Shown in pieces: positions 9,354 to 17,933 of a stretch of DNA of 64,000 bases. Every line of letters starts with the position of its first letter. Position 1 is the first letter of the stretch. Both the position numbers and the translations under genes were made by a program. Source of the stretch: an uncultured Acidobacteriota bacterium (GTDB taxonomy: Bacteria; Acidobacteriota; Thermoanaerobaculia; UBA5066; Gp7-AA6). Below the pieces are notes generated by a model. It ran no database searches, was not told the DNA's origin, and worked only from the letters and a program-made list of their open reading frames with translations. The stretch spans positions 142,854 to 206,853 of the forward strand of contig CAVRUT010000003.1 of assembly GCA_963724465.1 (NCBI GenBank), given 5' to 3'.

Positions 9354-10321
9354 AGCCGTTCGTCCTCGTTCATCCCCGCACCCTCGCCGACGCCGCCCGC
9401 CAGTCGGCCCCGTCCGACGCCGAGGTGAAAGCCGGCGGCGTGGACCTGCTCGACCGCATGAAGGAGGGCCTCGACAGCCCGAAGACCGTCGTCTCGATCA
9501 TCGAGATCCCGGGCCACGACCGGATCGAGGCCGGGCCCCCGGCGAGGATCGGCGCTCTGGCCACGCTGGCGCTGCTCGCCGAGGACGCGGGCCTGCGCAA
9601 GTCCTATCCGGCCCTCTCGGAGGCCGCCGCCGGAGCCGCCACGCCCCAGATCCGCCACATGGCGACCCTCGGGGGGAACCTCTGCCAGCGGCCGCGCTGC
9701 TGGTATTACAGGCTGGAGGAGTTCGACTGCCGCAAGAAGGGCGGCAACGAGTGCTTCGCGCGCGACGGAGAGAATCGTTTCCACGCGATCTTCGACACCG
9801 ACCTCTTGTGCTGCTGCGTGCATCCGTCGGCCACAGGAACGGCCCTGCTCGCGTACGGGACGACGCTCGACGTCGTCGGGCCGAAGGGCCGGCGGAAGCT
9901 CCCGATCGACCGTTTCTTCTTCCGCCCCGTGGGCGACGCGACCCGCGAGAACACCCTGGCAGCCGGCGAGATCGTCGAGGCCGTCTCGATCCCGGCCCCA
10001 TCCGCCGGATCTCGCTCGGTCTACCGCAAGCTCAAGGAGAAGGAGTCCTTCGACTGGCCCCTCGTCGAGACCTGCGTCGCCCTCGCGATCACGGGGGGCG
10101 TCGTGCGCAACGCGCGCGTCGTCTTCGGGTCGGTCGCCCCGACGCCCTATCGCTCGAAAGCGGCCGAGGCCGCGCTCGAAGGCGGACGGCCCTCGGAAGA
10201 GCTCGCCCGCCGTGCCGCCGAGGCGGCCGTCCGCGACGCAAAGCCGCTCGGTCAGAACGCTTACAAGGTGCCACTCGCCAAGGTGGAGCTCGAGCGCGCC
10301 CTGCGCCAGGCCTTCGCCTGA
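9350..10321 (+). CDS. FAD-binding (CO dehydrogenase flavoprotein-like) subunit
   Basis: ATGA overlap with the large subunit. KAGGVDLLDRMKEG...MATLGGNLCQRPRCWYYR is typical of the FAD_binding_5 / PaoB-like subunit. Confidence 0.85.
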   Translation: MKPFVLVHPRTLADAARQSAPSDAEVKAGGVDLLDRMKEGLDSPKTVVSIIEIPGHDRIEAGPPARIGALATLALLAEDAGLRKSYPALSEAAAGAATPQIRHMATLGGNLCQRPRCWYYRLEEFDCRKKGGNECFARDGENRFHAIFDTDLLCCCVHPSATGTALLAYGTTLDVVGPKGRRKLPIDRFFFRPVGDATRENTLAAGEIVEAVSIPAPSAGSRSVYRKLKEKESFDWPLVETCVALAITGGVVRNARVVFGSVAPTPYRSKAAEAALEGGRPSEELARRAAEAAVRDAKPLGQNAYKVPLAKVELERALRQAFA

Positions 10322-10344
10322 GCCGGCTTACCACCTACCGGCCG

Positions 10345-10628
10345 ATGACCGACGATCCGCTGGCCCCGATGCGGCGCTTTGCGAAGCCCGCCGGCGAAGG
10401 CAGGCTCGAGGCGGATCCGTTCCTCTGCCGTCACCTGCGGACGAAGACCTGGCTCGCACCCGATGCCTTCGGCCAGGGCGACCCACGGCAGTCGCCCTCG
10501 ACCGCCCAGTACTGGTGCCTGCGCACGATGCGCTCGAGCGGGCCCGACGGAGACCTTGCCGTGCCCGAGGCCTGCACCGACGAGCGGATCTGCTTCGAAG
10601 CTGCGGTGAGCAAGGGGGAGAGAGCTGA
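10345..10628 (+). CDS. small Cys-rich conserved hypothetical (3' end uncertain)
   Basis: MTDDPLAPMRRFA...FLCRHLRTKTW...QYWCLRTMRSSGPDGD...EACTDERICFEA has four Cys in a zinc-ribbon-like spacing. The in-frame stop is missing until 10866, inside mglA, so a frame break is suspected near 10600-10628. Confidence 0.35.
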
Positions 10629-10664
10629 CCCGAGCGAAGCAAGGGCCAGCCGGAGGGCGCGCAG

Positions 10665-11249
10665 TCAGCGCTTCTTCAGGTCCATCAGCACCTGGCGGGC
10701 CACGGCCTTGAGTGTGTCGAAGACGCCCGCACCAGTGGTGGCCACCGCCTCGAAAGTGGGTTCGCGCTTGATGTTCAGGCGCCGGTACAGCTCGTCGGCC
10801 GGCATCGCCGTGGGCAGGTCCCGCTTGTTGAACTGTAGGACGTACGGCATGTTGGCGATGTCGTAGCCCTGGTCCTTCAGGTTCTTGTCGAGGTTACGTA
10901 TCGACTCGATGTTCGCTTCGAGGCGCGCCTCCTGGGAGTCCGCCACGAAGACGACGCCGTCCACGCCCTTCAGGATGAGCTTTCGCGAGGCGTCGTAGAA
11001 GACCTGACCGGGCACCGTGTAGAGGTGGAAGCGCGTCTTGAAGCCCTTGACGGTGCCGAGATCGAGGGGCAGGAAGTCGAAGAAGAGCGTGCGGTCGGTC
11101 TCGGTCGCGAGCGAGATCAGCTTGCCCTTGGCCGAGGGGTTCGTGCGGTCGTAGATGTACTGCAGGTTGGTCGTCTTCCCGCACAGGCCGGGGCCGTAAT
11201 AGACGATCTTGCAGTTGATCTCCCGAGCCGCGTAGTTGATGAACGTCAT
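10665..11249 (-). CDS. mglA: Ras-like GTPase MglA
   Basis: [30 protein letters not shown]...[11 protein letters not shown]...[11 protein letters not shown]...QFNKRD is near-canonical MglA sequence. Confidence 0.95.
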   Translation of the reverse strand: MTFINYAAREINCKIVYYGPGLCGKTTNLQYIYDRTNPSAKGKLISLATETDRTLFFDFLPLDLGTVKGFKTRFHLYTVPGQVFYDASRKLILKGVDGVVFVADSQEARLEANIESIRNLDKNLKDQGYDIANMPYVLQFNKRDLPTAMPADELYRRLNIKREPTFEAVATTGAGVFDTLKAVARQVLMDLKKR

Positions 11250-11291
11250 CGGGACACCGTCACCGGAAGGTCAAACGCGGGGCGCAGAACG

Positions 11292-11792
11292 CTACTCCGA
11301 GAAGAGACGGTCGATGTCTTCGTCCGTGATCTCGGCGAAGGGAGAGTCGAAGTCGGTGGCCACGACCTGCTTCTCCTTCTCGGCCTTGCGCGCGATGTCC
11401 TCGAAGATCTTTTCGAGCTCGGACATCGCCCGTCGAACACGGAGGCGGACGAGTCCCAGTGAGGTCCGCTCGTCGAAGATCACGACGAGAATTACGCGCT
11501 GAGCGACGATGGAAATGTGGATGTTGTCCCGCTCCCCCTCGTGGAACAGGATCGAGAACTCGCGCTCGCCGATCAGGCGGGCGAGCCCGTCCGTGGCGGC
11601 GACGTTTCCGGCCGTCAGGGAGGCGAGCGAGGTCGTGTCGAGCGTCGTGAGGTCCCCGACCGCCGCGATCTGCTGGCCGTTCTTGTCAACGAGGAACACC
11701 ACGTTCGCGTTGGCGTCCGAGGCGAGCCGCGAGAGCGAGTCCTTGATCTTGCGAAACTCGTCGTCGTACAGGACGAGGTCGGGCAGCGTCAT
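11292..11792 (-). CDS. mglB: Roadblock/LC7-domain protein MglB (MglA GAP)
   Basis: Lies immediately upstream of mglA. VFLVDKNGQQIAAVGD...SLASLTAGNVAAT...FSILFHEGERDNIHI is a Roadblock/LC7 pattern. Confidence 0.85.
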   Translation of the reverse strand: MTLPDLVLYDDEFRKIKDSLSRLASDANANVVFLVDKNGQQIAAVGDLTTLDTTSLASLTAGNVAATDGLARLIGEREFSILFHEGERDNIHISIVAQRVILVVIFDERTSLGLVRLRVRRAMSELEKIFEDIARKAEKEKQVVATDFDSPFAEITDEDIDRLFSE

Positions 11793-11860
11793 CGATTAAC
11801 TATTTCTCCAGTCTGAGTTTATTGTACAGCACTCGGCCTTGGGCCCTCGGCCGCCGCGTG

Positions 11861-12457
11861 CTAGAGCTCCCGCCTGTTCTCCAGCGACCGCGCCATCGTC
11901 ACCTCGTCGGCGTACTCGATGTCTCCGCCCACGGGAAGCCCGAAGGCGATCCGCGTGATCCGCGCTCCCGTCTCCTTCAAGCGCCGCGCGAGGTAGAGGG
12001 CCGTCGCTTCCCCTTCGACGTTCGGGTTGGTCGCGATCACGACCTCCTTGACTTCGGGTGTGACACGGGCCACAAGCCCCGCCACGTCGATGTCGTCCGG
12101 ACCGATCCCCTTCAGGGGCGACAGGGCCCCCCAGAGAACGTGGTAGCGGCCCTTGAACTCGCGCGTCTTCTCGATCGCCGCGAGGTTGCCGGGCTCCTCG
12201 ACGACACACAGGATCCCGGCGTCGCGGCGGGGATCCGAGCAGATCTCGCAGGGATCCTCCTCCGTGAGCGTGTTGCAGACCGAGCACCGTCGAACGGCCG
12301 CGCGGGACTCGCGGATGGCGCTGGCCAGGCGCTCGGCCTCCTCGTCGGACGATCGCAACAGGTAGTACGCCAGCCGCGCCGCACTCTTCGACCCGATGCC
12401 GGGCAGGCGCTGGAACTCGGCGGCCAGGCGCTCGAGGCTCTTCGGGGTTCCGGCCAA
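11861..12457 (-). CDS. recR: recombination protein RecR
   Basis: LPGIGSKSAARLAYYLL, a C4 zinc finger (CSVCNTLTEEDPCEIC) and a Toprim region (ILCVVEEPGNLAAIEKT...NPNVEGEATA). Confidence 0.95.
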   Translation of the reverse strand: MAGTPKSLERLAAEFQRLPGIGSKSAARLAYYLLRSSDEEAERLASAIRESRAAVRRCSVCNTLTEEDPCEICSDPRRDAGILCVVEEPGNLAAIEKTREFKGRYHVLWGALSPLKGIGPDDIDVAGLVARVTPEVKEVVIATNPNVEGEATALYLARRLKETGARITRIAFGLPVGGDIEYADEVTMARSLENRREL

Positions 12458-12461
12458 CGGA

Positions 12462-12758
12462 CTACCGCATTCCCGGCAGCATTCCGCCGAGCAGCGACGC
12501 CGTCTTCCTCTGGACCGCTTCGTCCACGCGGCGCGAGGCTTCGCGGGAGGCCGCGAGGATGAGGTCCTGGAGCGTTTCGACGTCCTCGGGATCGACGGCG
12601 GCCTTCTCGATGTGCACCGCGAGGACCTCCTTGGTTCCCGACATCTCGATCCTGACCATTCCCCCGCCCGCGGTCGCCTCGATCCGCAAGGCCCCGAGCT
12701 CTTCCTGCATCTTGCTCTGCATGGCCTGGGCCTGCTGCATCATCTTTTGAATGTTCAT
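12462..12758 (-). CDS. ybaB: YbaB/EbfC nucleoid-associated protein
   Basis: MNIQKMMQQAQAMQSKMQEELGAL...GGGMVRIEMSGTKEV, in the conserved dnaX-ybaB-recR order. Confidence 0.9.
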   Translation of the reverse strand: MNIQKMMQQAQAMQSKMQEELGALRIEATAGGGMVRIEMSGTKEVLAVHIEKAAVDPEDVETLQDLILAASREASRRVDEAVQRKTASLLGGMLPGMR

Positions 12759-12777
12759 GGTCGCTGCGCGACGTAGA

Positions 12778-12841
12778 CCGTGAGCCGTGAACCGTGAGCC
12801 GCCGGTTTCCTCGGCTTACGGCTTACGACTTACGGCTTACG
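12778..12841. repeat. heptad-arm hairpin H1 (CCGTGAG-type arms)
   Basis: Left arm CCGTGAGCCGTGAACCGTGAGCCG, a ~10-nt loop, right arm CGGCTTACGGCTTACGACTTACGGCTTACG. Located between the dnaX stop and the ybaB start. Confidence 0.75.
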
Positions 12842-12846
12842 ATCGG

Positions 12847-14483
12847 TCACTCCTCCTCCTTGATCTCGGTCAGCTCCCCGTGAAAGAGCTCCATCGCCGA
12901 GCGAACCATCGGGTCCGACTCGGCCCGTGTGCTCGCGCGCTCGCGAGCGATCGTCGCGCGTGGCACTTCCCGCGCTGCCTTGCCGAGATCGCCGTCCGCC
13001 GGAGGGCCGGTCTTGAGCACGATGCGCATCGGCCGGCCGAAGGCCTCCCGGGCCACCTCGCCGAGAAGCCGCTTCGCGGCTTGGTCCTCGAGGGCCTCCT
13101 TGGCAGCGGCGCGGTCGATCCCGAAGCGCAGCACGAGGTCGTCTCCGGCGGACGAGATCGACTCGGCCAGGCTCACCTGCGCGGCGGTCACGCGGCGCCG
13201 CGAGTCCAGAATCTCGTGAAAGCGCTGGAGCGGGTCGCCCCCGGGCGGGACGGTCGACGCCGCCGGCTCCCCCGGCTCGGGCTCGACCGGGACGAGCGAC
13301 ACGATTCGCGGACCGGCCGACGCCGGCCGCGGTGACGCGGCGGGCGGGGGGACGAACCGCCCGCTCCGGCCGGCAGACCGGCCAGGGTGGCTTCGATCCC
13401 GCGCAGTCGCGGCAGCTCGGCGAGCTTGAGCACGAGCATCTGGACCGCCAGGGCAGGGTCGTCCACCCGACGCGCGAGCGCGTCGGCCTCGAGCGCCAGC
13501 GACACGGCGCGCAGGAGGTTGTCGTAGGGCATCGCTTTCGACAGGACGGCCACGCGCTCGCGCTCCTCTTCCGGAACGTCCGCCATGGCTCCGGCGGCGG
13601 CCATCAGAAGGCGCCTCAGCAGGGCCACGAACTCCTTGAGAACGTGCCGGGGATCGGCGCCCGCCTCCGTGAGCCGCCCGAGGTGAGCGATCGCGGCCGC
13701 CCGGTCGCCCCCGGCCACCGCCGAGTACATGCCCTCGAGCAGCTCCCGGTTGACCAGGGCCAGGATCTCCGCACACCGCGCCTCGTCCACGGCCCCGCCG
13801 GCGACCGTCGCCGCCTGGTCGAGCAGCGAAAGCCCGTCCCGCAGGCTCCCCTCGGCGGCCGACGCCAGCAGGCGCAACGCCCCCGGCGTCGCGTGGATCT
13901 TCTCGGCCTTCGCGACCTTCTGGAGCTGCGCGGCGATCTCCTTGACGGTCAGAGTCCGGAAGGCGAACCGCTGGCAGCGCGAGACGATCGTGGGTGGGAT
14001 CTTGTGGAGCTCCGTGGAGGCGAGGATGAACCGCGTGTGCGGCGGCGGCTCCTCGAGGGTCTTCAGGAGAGCGTTGAAGGCCTCGTTGGTCAGCATGTGA
14101 ACTTCGTCGATGATCGCGATGCGGAAGCGGTCGCGCTGCGGAGCGTACCGGACCGTTTCGATCAGCTCGCGGGCGTGCTCGATCTTGCGGTTGGAGGCGC
14201 CGTCCATCTCGAGGACGTCGAGCGAGTCGCCTCGGTCGAGGATCTCGCGGCAGGAGGCGCATTCGCCGCACGGCCGGACCGTCGGCCCCTTGTCGCAGTT
14301 GAGGGCCCGGGCGAGCATCCGCGCCGTCGAGGTCTTGCCGACCCCGCGCGGCCCGGTCAGCAGGTAGGCCGAGGCGACGCGGCCTTCGGCGATGGCGTTC
14401 GAAAGCGTCCGCGCGACGGCCTCCTGGCCGACGAGGTCCTCGAAGGTCCGAGGCCGCCATTTTCTGGGGAGCGCGACATGCAT
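12847..14483 (-). CDS. dnaX: DNA polymerase III subunit gamma/tau (one frame break)
   Basis: MHVALPRKWRPRTFEDLVGQE...LLTGPRGVGKTSTARMLA...CGECASC...IIDEVHMLT. The conserved C-terminus (DPLQRFHEIL...ESDPMVRSAMELFHGELTEI) is in ORF 12847..14460. The break is at the G6 run 13346-13351. Confidence 0.9.
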
Positions 14484-14505
14484 GGAGCGTTGTTCCGAGT
14501 CGACA

Positions 14506-14642
14506 AAAATTCCGGCGGCCGAAGATGAGCTCAGGTTGACCTGCGGCGCACGGGGGCGCCTCCTGATCGCTGCTTCCTTCCGGACCTGACGAGGTTCGGA
14601 GACTTCCGTCGCGCAGGGCCCGAACTCATCCTCGGCCGCCGG
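14506..14642 (-). ncRNA. ffs: signal recognition particle RNA (small bacterial type)
   Basis: The minus strand reads CGGCGGCCGAGGAUGAGUUC...CGUCAGGUCCGGAAGGAAGCAGCGAUCAGG...GAGCUCAUCUUCGGCCGCCG followed by a U-run. It carries the GUCAGGUCCGGAAGGAAGCAGC domain IV motif and a long closing helix, and sits upstream of dnaX as in many bacteria. Confidence 0.85.
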
Positions 14643-14681
14643 GGAACGGATTCTATCTCAGGAGGCGGGAAGCCGGACGCG

Positions 14682-14885
14682 TCACCGCCTGCCGCCGGTC
14701 ACGAGCTGCACGAGGAGCGCCAGGCCGAAGAGGAGGCCGGCGACGAGGTCGGTCCCGCCGAATGCGCCCTCGGGCGGCACGGGCCAGGCGCCGAGGACCG
14801 AGCCGATCGTGAAAACCAGGGCGAAGAGCGCAAGCCACACCAATCCCGCCGCGCCGAGGCGGGTGGTCGGCGAGAGCGGGCTCAC
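14682..14885 (-). CDS. small two-helix membrane protein
   Basis: GTG 14885 overlaps the anti-sigma stop (GTGA). VSPLSPTTRLGAAGLVWLALFALVFTIGSVLGAW...LVAGLLFGLALLVQLV. Confidence 0.45.
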   Translation of the reverse strand: MSPLSPTTRLGAAGLVWLALFALVFTIGSVLGAWPVPPEGAFGGTDLVAGLLFGLALLVQLVTGGRR

Positions 14886-15136
14886 TCCTTCTTTCCGCAC
14901 CGCGCGCGCACGAAGCCCATGACCGCGTCGGCGAGGTTCTTCGGGATCTCGCGAGGCTTGAGCATCCGCAGGGTCCGGCCCGTGGCCCGATAGCTCTTCA
15001 GGAACACGACGCACGGCGGACAGTGCTGGAGGTGCCTCTCGAGCTCCTGGCGCTCGGGCGCGGGCATCGAGCCGTCCTCGTACTCGACGAGGTACTCGAG
15101 AATCAGGCTCTTGCAGGTGATCTCGTCGTGGGTCAT
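14882..15136 (-). CDS. zf-HC2-type anti-sigma factor
   Basis: ATGA overlap with the sigma factor gene. Contains HLQHCPPCVVFL (H-x3-C-x2-C). Confidence 0.65.
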   Translation of the reverse strand: MTHDEITCKSLILEYLVEYEDGSMPAPERQELERHLQHCPPCVVFLKSYRATGRTLRMLKPREIPKNLADAVMGFVRARCGKKE

Positions 15137-15765
15137 GGGGCGGCCATCCGTTCGCCCGCCTGCGGCGGGGCGGTGAGCTCGAGCATGCGGTCCCGCACGT
15201 ACAGGCGCGCCCGATGCAGGCGCGATTTCAGGGCGGGGACCGAGATCTCCAGGATCTCCGCGACGTCGGCCGGCTTCATCTCCTCGACGTCCACCATCCA
15301 GATCGCGTCGCGGTAGGTGTCGGGTAGTTCGGCGATGAAGGCTTCCGCCCGCTCGGCGAGGTCACGGGCGATGGCCTCGCTCTCGGCGCCCTCGACGAAA
15401 GCCGCGAACTCCGGCGAGCTCGCCCGGCCGTCTTCCCGGAAACGCGGCAGGTAGTCTTCCAGGGAGACCGTGATCGCGGGTTTTCGACGACGGGCCCGCG
15501 AGTAGGCCGCGTTCAGGGCCACGCGGTAGAACCAGGAGAAAAACTTCTTGGACTCATCGAACGTCCCGATCTTGCGGTAGAGGGTCAGAAAGGCGTCCTG
15601 CGTGGCCTCCTCCGCGTCCTCGGCGTTTCGGAGGACCCCGTACGAGAGCGAATAAATACGGGCGTTGTAGCGCTCGACCATTTCCCTGAAGGCCTGATCG
15701 TCCCCCCGCTTGATGCGACGCACCAACTCGAGATCCGAGGCGTTCTGATCTTCGTGTACCGCCAT
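15133..15765 (-). CDS. ECF-family RNA polymerase sigma factor
   Basis: Region 2 (DAEEATQDAFLTLYRKIGTFD...FFSWFYRVALNAA) and region 4 (LPDTYRDAIWMVDVEEMKPADVAEILEISVPALKSRLHRAR). Confidence 0.9.
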   Translation of the reverse strand: MAVHEDQNASDLELVRRIKRGDDQAFREMVERYNARIYSLSYGVLRNAEDAEEATQDAFLTLYRKIGTFDESKKFFSWFYRVALNAAYSRARRRKPAITVSLEDYLPRFREDGRASSPEFAAFVEGAESEAIARDLAERAEAFIAELPDTYRDAIWMVDVEEMKPADVAEILEISVPALKSRLHRARLYVRDRMLELTAPPQAGERMAAP

Positions 15766-15826
15766 AGGAACTATGCTGCCTACCGACCCTCCGGTTCCGA
15801 AATGCCTACAACAGTCTCATTATTTC

Positions 15827-15917
<91 letters not shown>

Positions 15918-15928
15918 GGGGGCGGGGA

Positions 15929-15934
15929 ATCCTA
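15929..15934 (-). promoter_or_regulatory. -10-like TAGGAT followed by GC-rich discriminator, 11 nt upstream of the tRNA-Ser 5' end
   Basis: The minus strand reads TTGTAGGATTCCCCGCCCCC then the tRNA. The same TAGAAT/CCCCGC arrangement precedes several kinase genes. Confidence 0.35.
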
Positions 15935-16032
15935 CAACAGGGCCCCAGATCTCGGCGAACAGGTCCATGCGAGTAAACGCCGCGCTGCGCGCGGCGTTGC
16001 CTACTGCCGCGGGTCTGCCTTCGCTGGTCGGC

Positions 16033-16131
16033 TCCAAGCGTGCTCCTTAAGCCACTCGGACACCTCTCCGGGGGCGGGGAATCCTACAACAGGGCCCCAG
16101 ATCCCGGCGAACAGCTCCATGCGAGTAAACG
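16033..16131 (-). pseudogene. duplicated tRNA-Ser(GGA) 5' half plus 62 nt of its upstream region
   Basis: 99-bp direct repeat of 15881-15979 with 2 mismatches. It contains tRNA positions 1-37 and ends in the anticodon loop. Confidence 0.8.
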
Positions 16132-16195
16132 GCCTGCGGCCGAGGGTGCCGCAGCGTAACCCTTGAACCGGGGTTACACTGGGGCCGGCGGCGGC

Positions 16196-16831
16196 ATGAC
16201 CGAGAAGACCGAAAGAGCCGAAAAGACCGAGTTCCTGTTCCTCGCGGGCCAACCCTGTCTCGACTTTCTCAACACGCGGCCGGTCGTCAAGGGGCGCGCC
16301 GTGGAACTGCTCACGAGCCTCGACGAGTTTCTCCGCTGGCTGACCCGCGCCGGACGGATCGACGCGCGCGGCGCGGCCGACGCTCTCAAGCGATGGAGCG
16401 ACGCCTCGGAAGGCACCCGCATCGTGGAGCGGGCGCGCGGGTTTCGCGAGACCCTGCGCCACATGACCGAAGGCCTCGTCCGTGGCCGCGGCGTCTCGAC
16501 GGAGGGCCTGGCGGCCATCAACTTCATCCTCGCAGAAAACGACGGGAACCTGCGGCTCGAGCGGCAGGGCGGCGGTTTCCGGACCCGCTTCGCGGCCCGG
16601 CCCACGAGCGCCATCACCCTGCTCGGCAGCGTGGCCGAGGCCGCGGCCGACCTGCTTTCCCGCTCGGACCTCGGCCTCGTACGGCGTTGCGGCAACCCGG
16701 AGTGCGTCCTCTTCTTCTACGACACGACCCGCAACCACCGCCGCCAGTGGTGCGCGATGGGCACCTGCGGCAACCTCATGAAGGTCCGCGCGTTCCGCAA
16801 GCGCCACCGCAAGAACCGCCCCGCCCCCTGA
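16196..16831 (+). CDS. CGNR zinc-finger domain protein (ABATE + zf-CGNR)
   Basis: C-terminal CGNPECVLFFYDTTRNHRRQWCAMGTCGNLMKVRAFRKR. Start taken at ATG 16196. Confidence 0.8.
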   Translation: MTEKTERAEKTEFLFLAGQPCLDFLNTRPVVKGRAVELLTSLDEFLRWLTRAGRIDARGAADALKRWSDASEGTRIVERARGFRETLRHMTEGLVRGRGVSTEGLAAINFILAENDGNLRLERQGGGFRTRFAARPTSAITLLGSVAEAAADLLSRSDLGLVRRCGNPECVLFFYDTTRNHRRQWCAMGTCGNLMKVRAFRKRHRKNRPAP

Positions 16832-17141
16832 CCGGCGGCGCGAGGTGTGAGGTTCGTCACAGGCGCCTGTCCGCCGCGGGTGGGACAATCCGGTCACACG
16901 TCCATGCGTCCGAAGGCCCCGAATTCCCCTGCTCCGCGGGAGCCCGCGGATCGTAGAACGGCTCAATTCGAGGTCGTTCCCGATTCCGTCGAGGGAGCCC
17001 GACCGTTTCGATGGCGAAGTCACCTCGGTCACCCCGCGGCGCCGCAGCACCGATCCGGGACCCGAAGCCAACATCATCCTGATCGCGCACCCGAAGGGGC
17101 TGGGCCTCGGGACCCGCTACCGGTTTCGCCCGGGCTCGACC

Positions 17142-17924
17142 GTGATCCTGGGTCGCGCGAAGAACGTGGACGTCAGCCTTCCCGAGGTCTCCGCGATCTC
17201 GCGCAAGCACGCGTCGCTGACCTACCGGGTCGAATCGGTCGTCCTCGAGGATCTTGGCAGCACCAACGGGACGTTCGTCAACGACGTCCGCATCGAGCAG
17301 CCCACCCTCTTGAAGAGCGGCGACCGGTTCCAGATCGGCGCCGTCCACTTCAAGTTTCTCCAGGAGCGGGACGTCGAGAACGCCTACTTCCAGGCCATCC
17401 ACGAGATGATGGTCCGCGACGGCCTGACGCAGATCTCGAACAAGAGAAAGTTCGAGGACGAAGCCGTTCGCGAGGTCGCGCGCGCTCGGCGCTACGGCCG
17501 GCCGCTGTCGCTGCTGCTCTTCGACGTCGACCGCTTCAAGTCCATCAACGACGAGCGCGGGCACCTCTGCGGGGACTTCGTCCTCAAAGAGGTCGTGCGC
17601 CTCGTCTCGGACTTCTTCCGCAAGGAGCAGGTCTTCGCGCGCGTCGGCGGCGACGAGTTCGCCGTGCTGACACCGGAGGCGCGCCTCGACGGCGCCAGCA
17701 TCCTCGGCGAGCGCCTGCGCAGCCGGGTGGCCAATCATGACTTCGACTACGCCGGAACGTCGTTCCACGTCACCTGCTCGTTCGGGATCGCGGAGCTTCT
17801 GCCCGACATGAAGTCTCCCCAGGAGCTCTACGAGGCCGCCGACCGTGCGCTCTACGCGGCCAAGCGCGCCGGCCGCGACCGGGTCGAGACATTCGTCCGG
17901 CCCGCCGTGCGCTCCGTCGGCTAG
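17142..17924 (+). CDS. FHA-domain diguanylate cyclase (FHA + GGDEF)
   Basis: FHA: ILGRAKNVDVSLPEVSAISRKHASL...LGSTNGTFVND. GGDEF: LTQISNKRKFED...LLLFDVDRFKSINDERGH..GD...RVGGDEFAVL. The FHA strand upstream (ANIILIAHPKGLGLGTRYRFRPGSTV) is in frame but has no start. ATG 17011 lies in another frame, so an N-terminal frame break near 17050-17062 is likely. Confidence 0.85.
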   Translation: MILGRAKNVDVSLPEVSAISRKHASLTYRVESVVLEDLGSTNGTFVNDVRIEQPTLLKSGDRFQIGAVHFKFLQERDVENAYFQAIHEMMVRDGLTQISNKRKFEDEAVREVARARRYGRPLSLLLFDVDRFKSINDERGHLCGDFVLKEVVRLVSDFFRKEQVFARVGGDEFAVLTPEARLDGASILGERLRSRVANHDFDYAGTSFHVTCSFGIAELLPDMKSPQELYEAADRALYAAKRAGRDRVETFVRPAVRSVG

Positions 17925-17933
17925 GGTCGCCCG

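Noticed and set aside
12778-12841. The heptad repeats might be a CRISPR-like or coding tandem repeat.
   Set aside because: The units are 7 nt, contiguous and without spacers, and they are arranged as two inverted arms. They lie in 60-100-nt gaps between genes and are not in an open frame.
12847-14483. The dnaX frame change near 13346-13351 could be programmed ribosomal frameshifting, as in tau/gamma production.
   Set aside because: Here the zero frame gives the short product and the shifted frame carries the conserved C-terminus, the opposite of the known system. There is no A-rich slippery heptamer, only a G6/C6 homopolymer. The same window has about 40 comparable breaks in unrelated genes. 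An assembly indel is far more likely.
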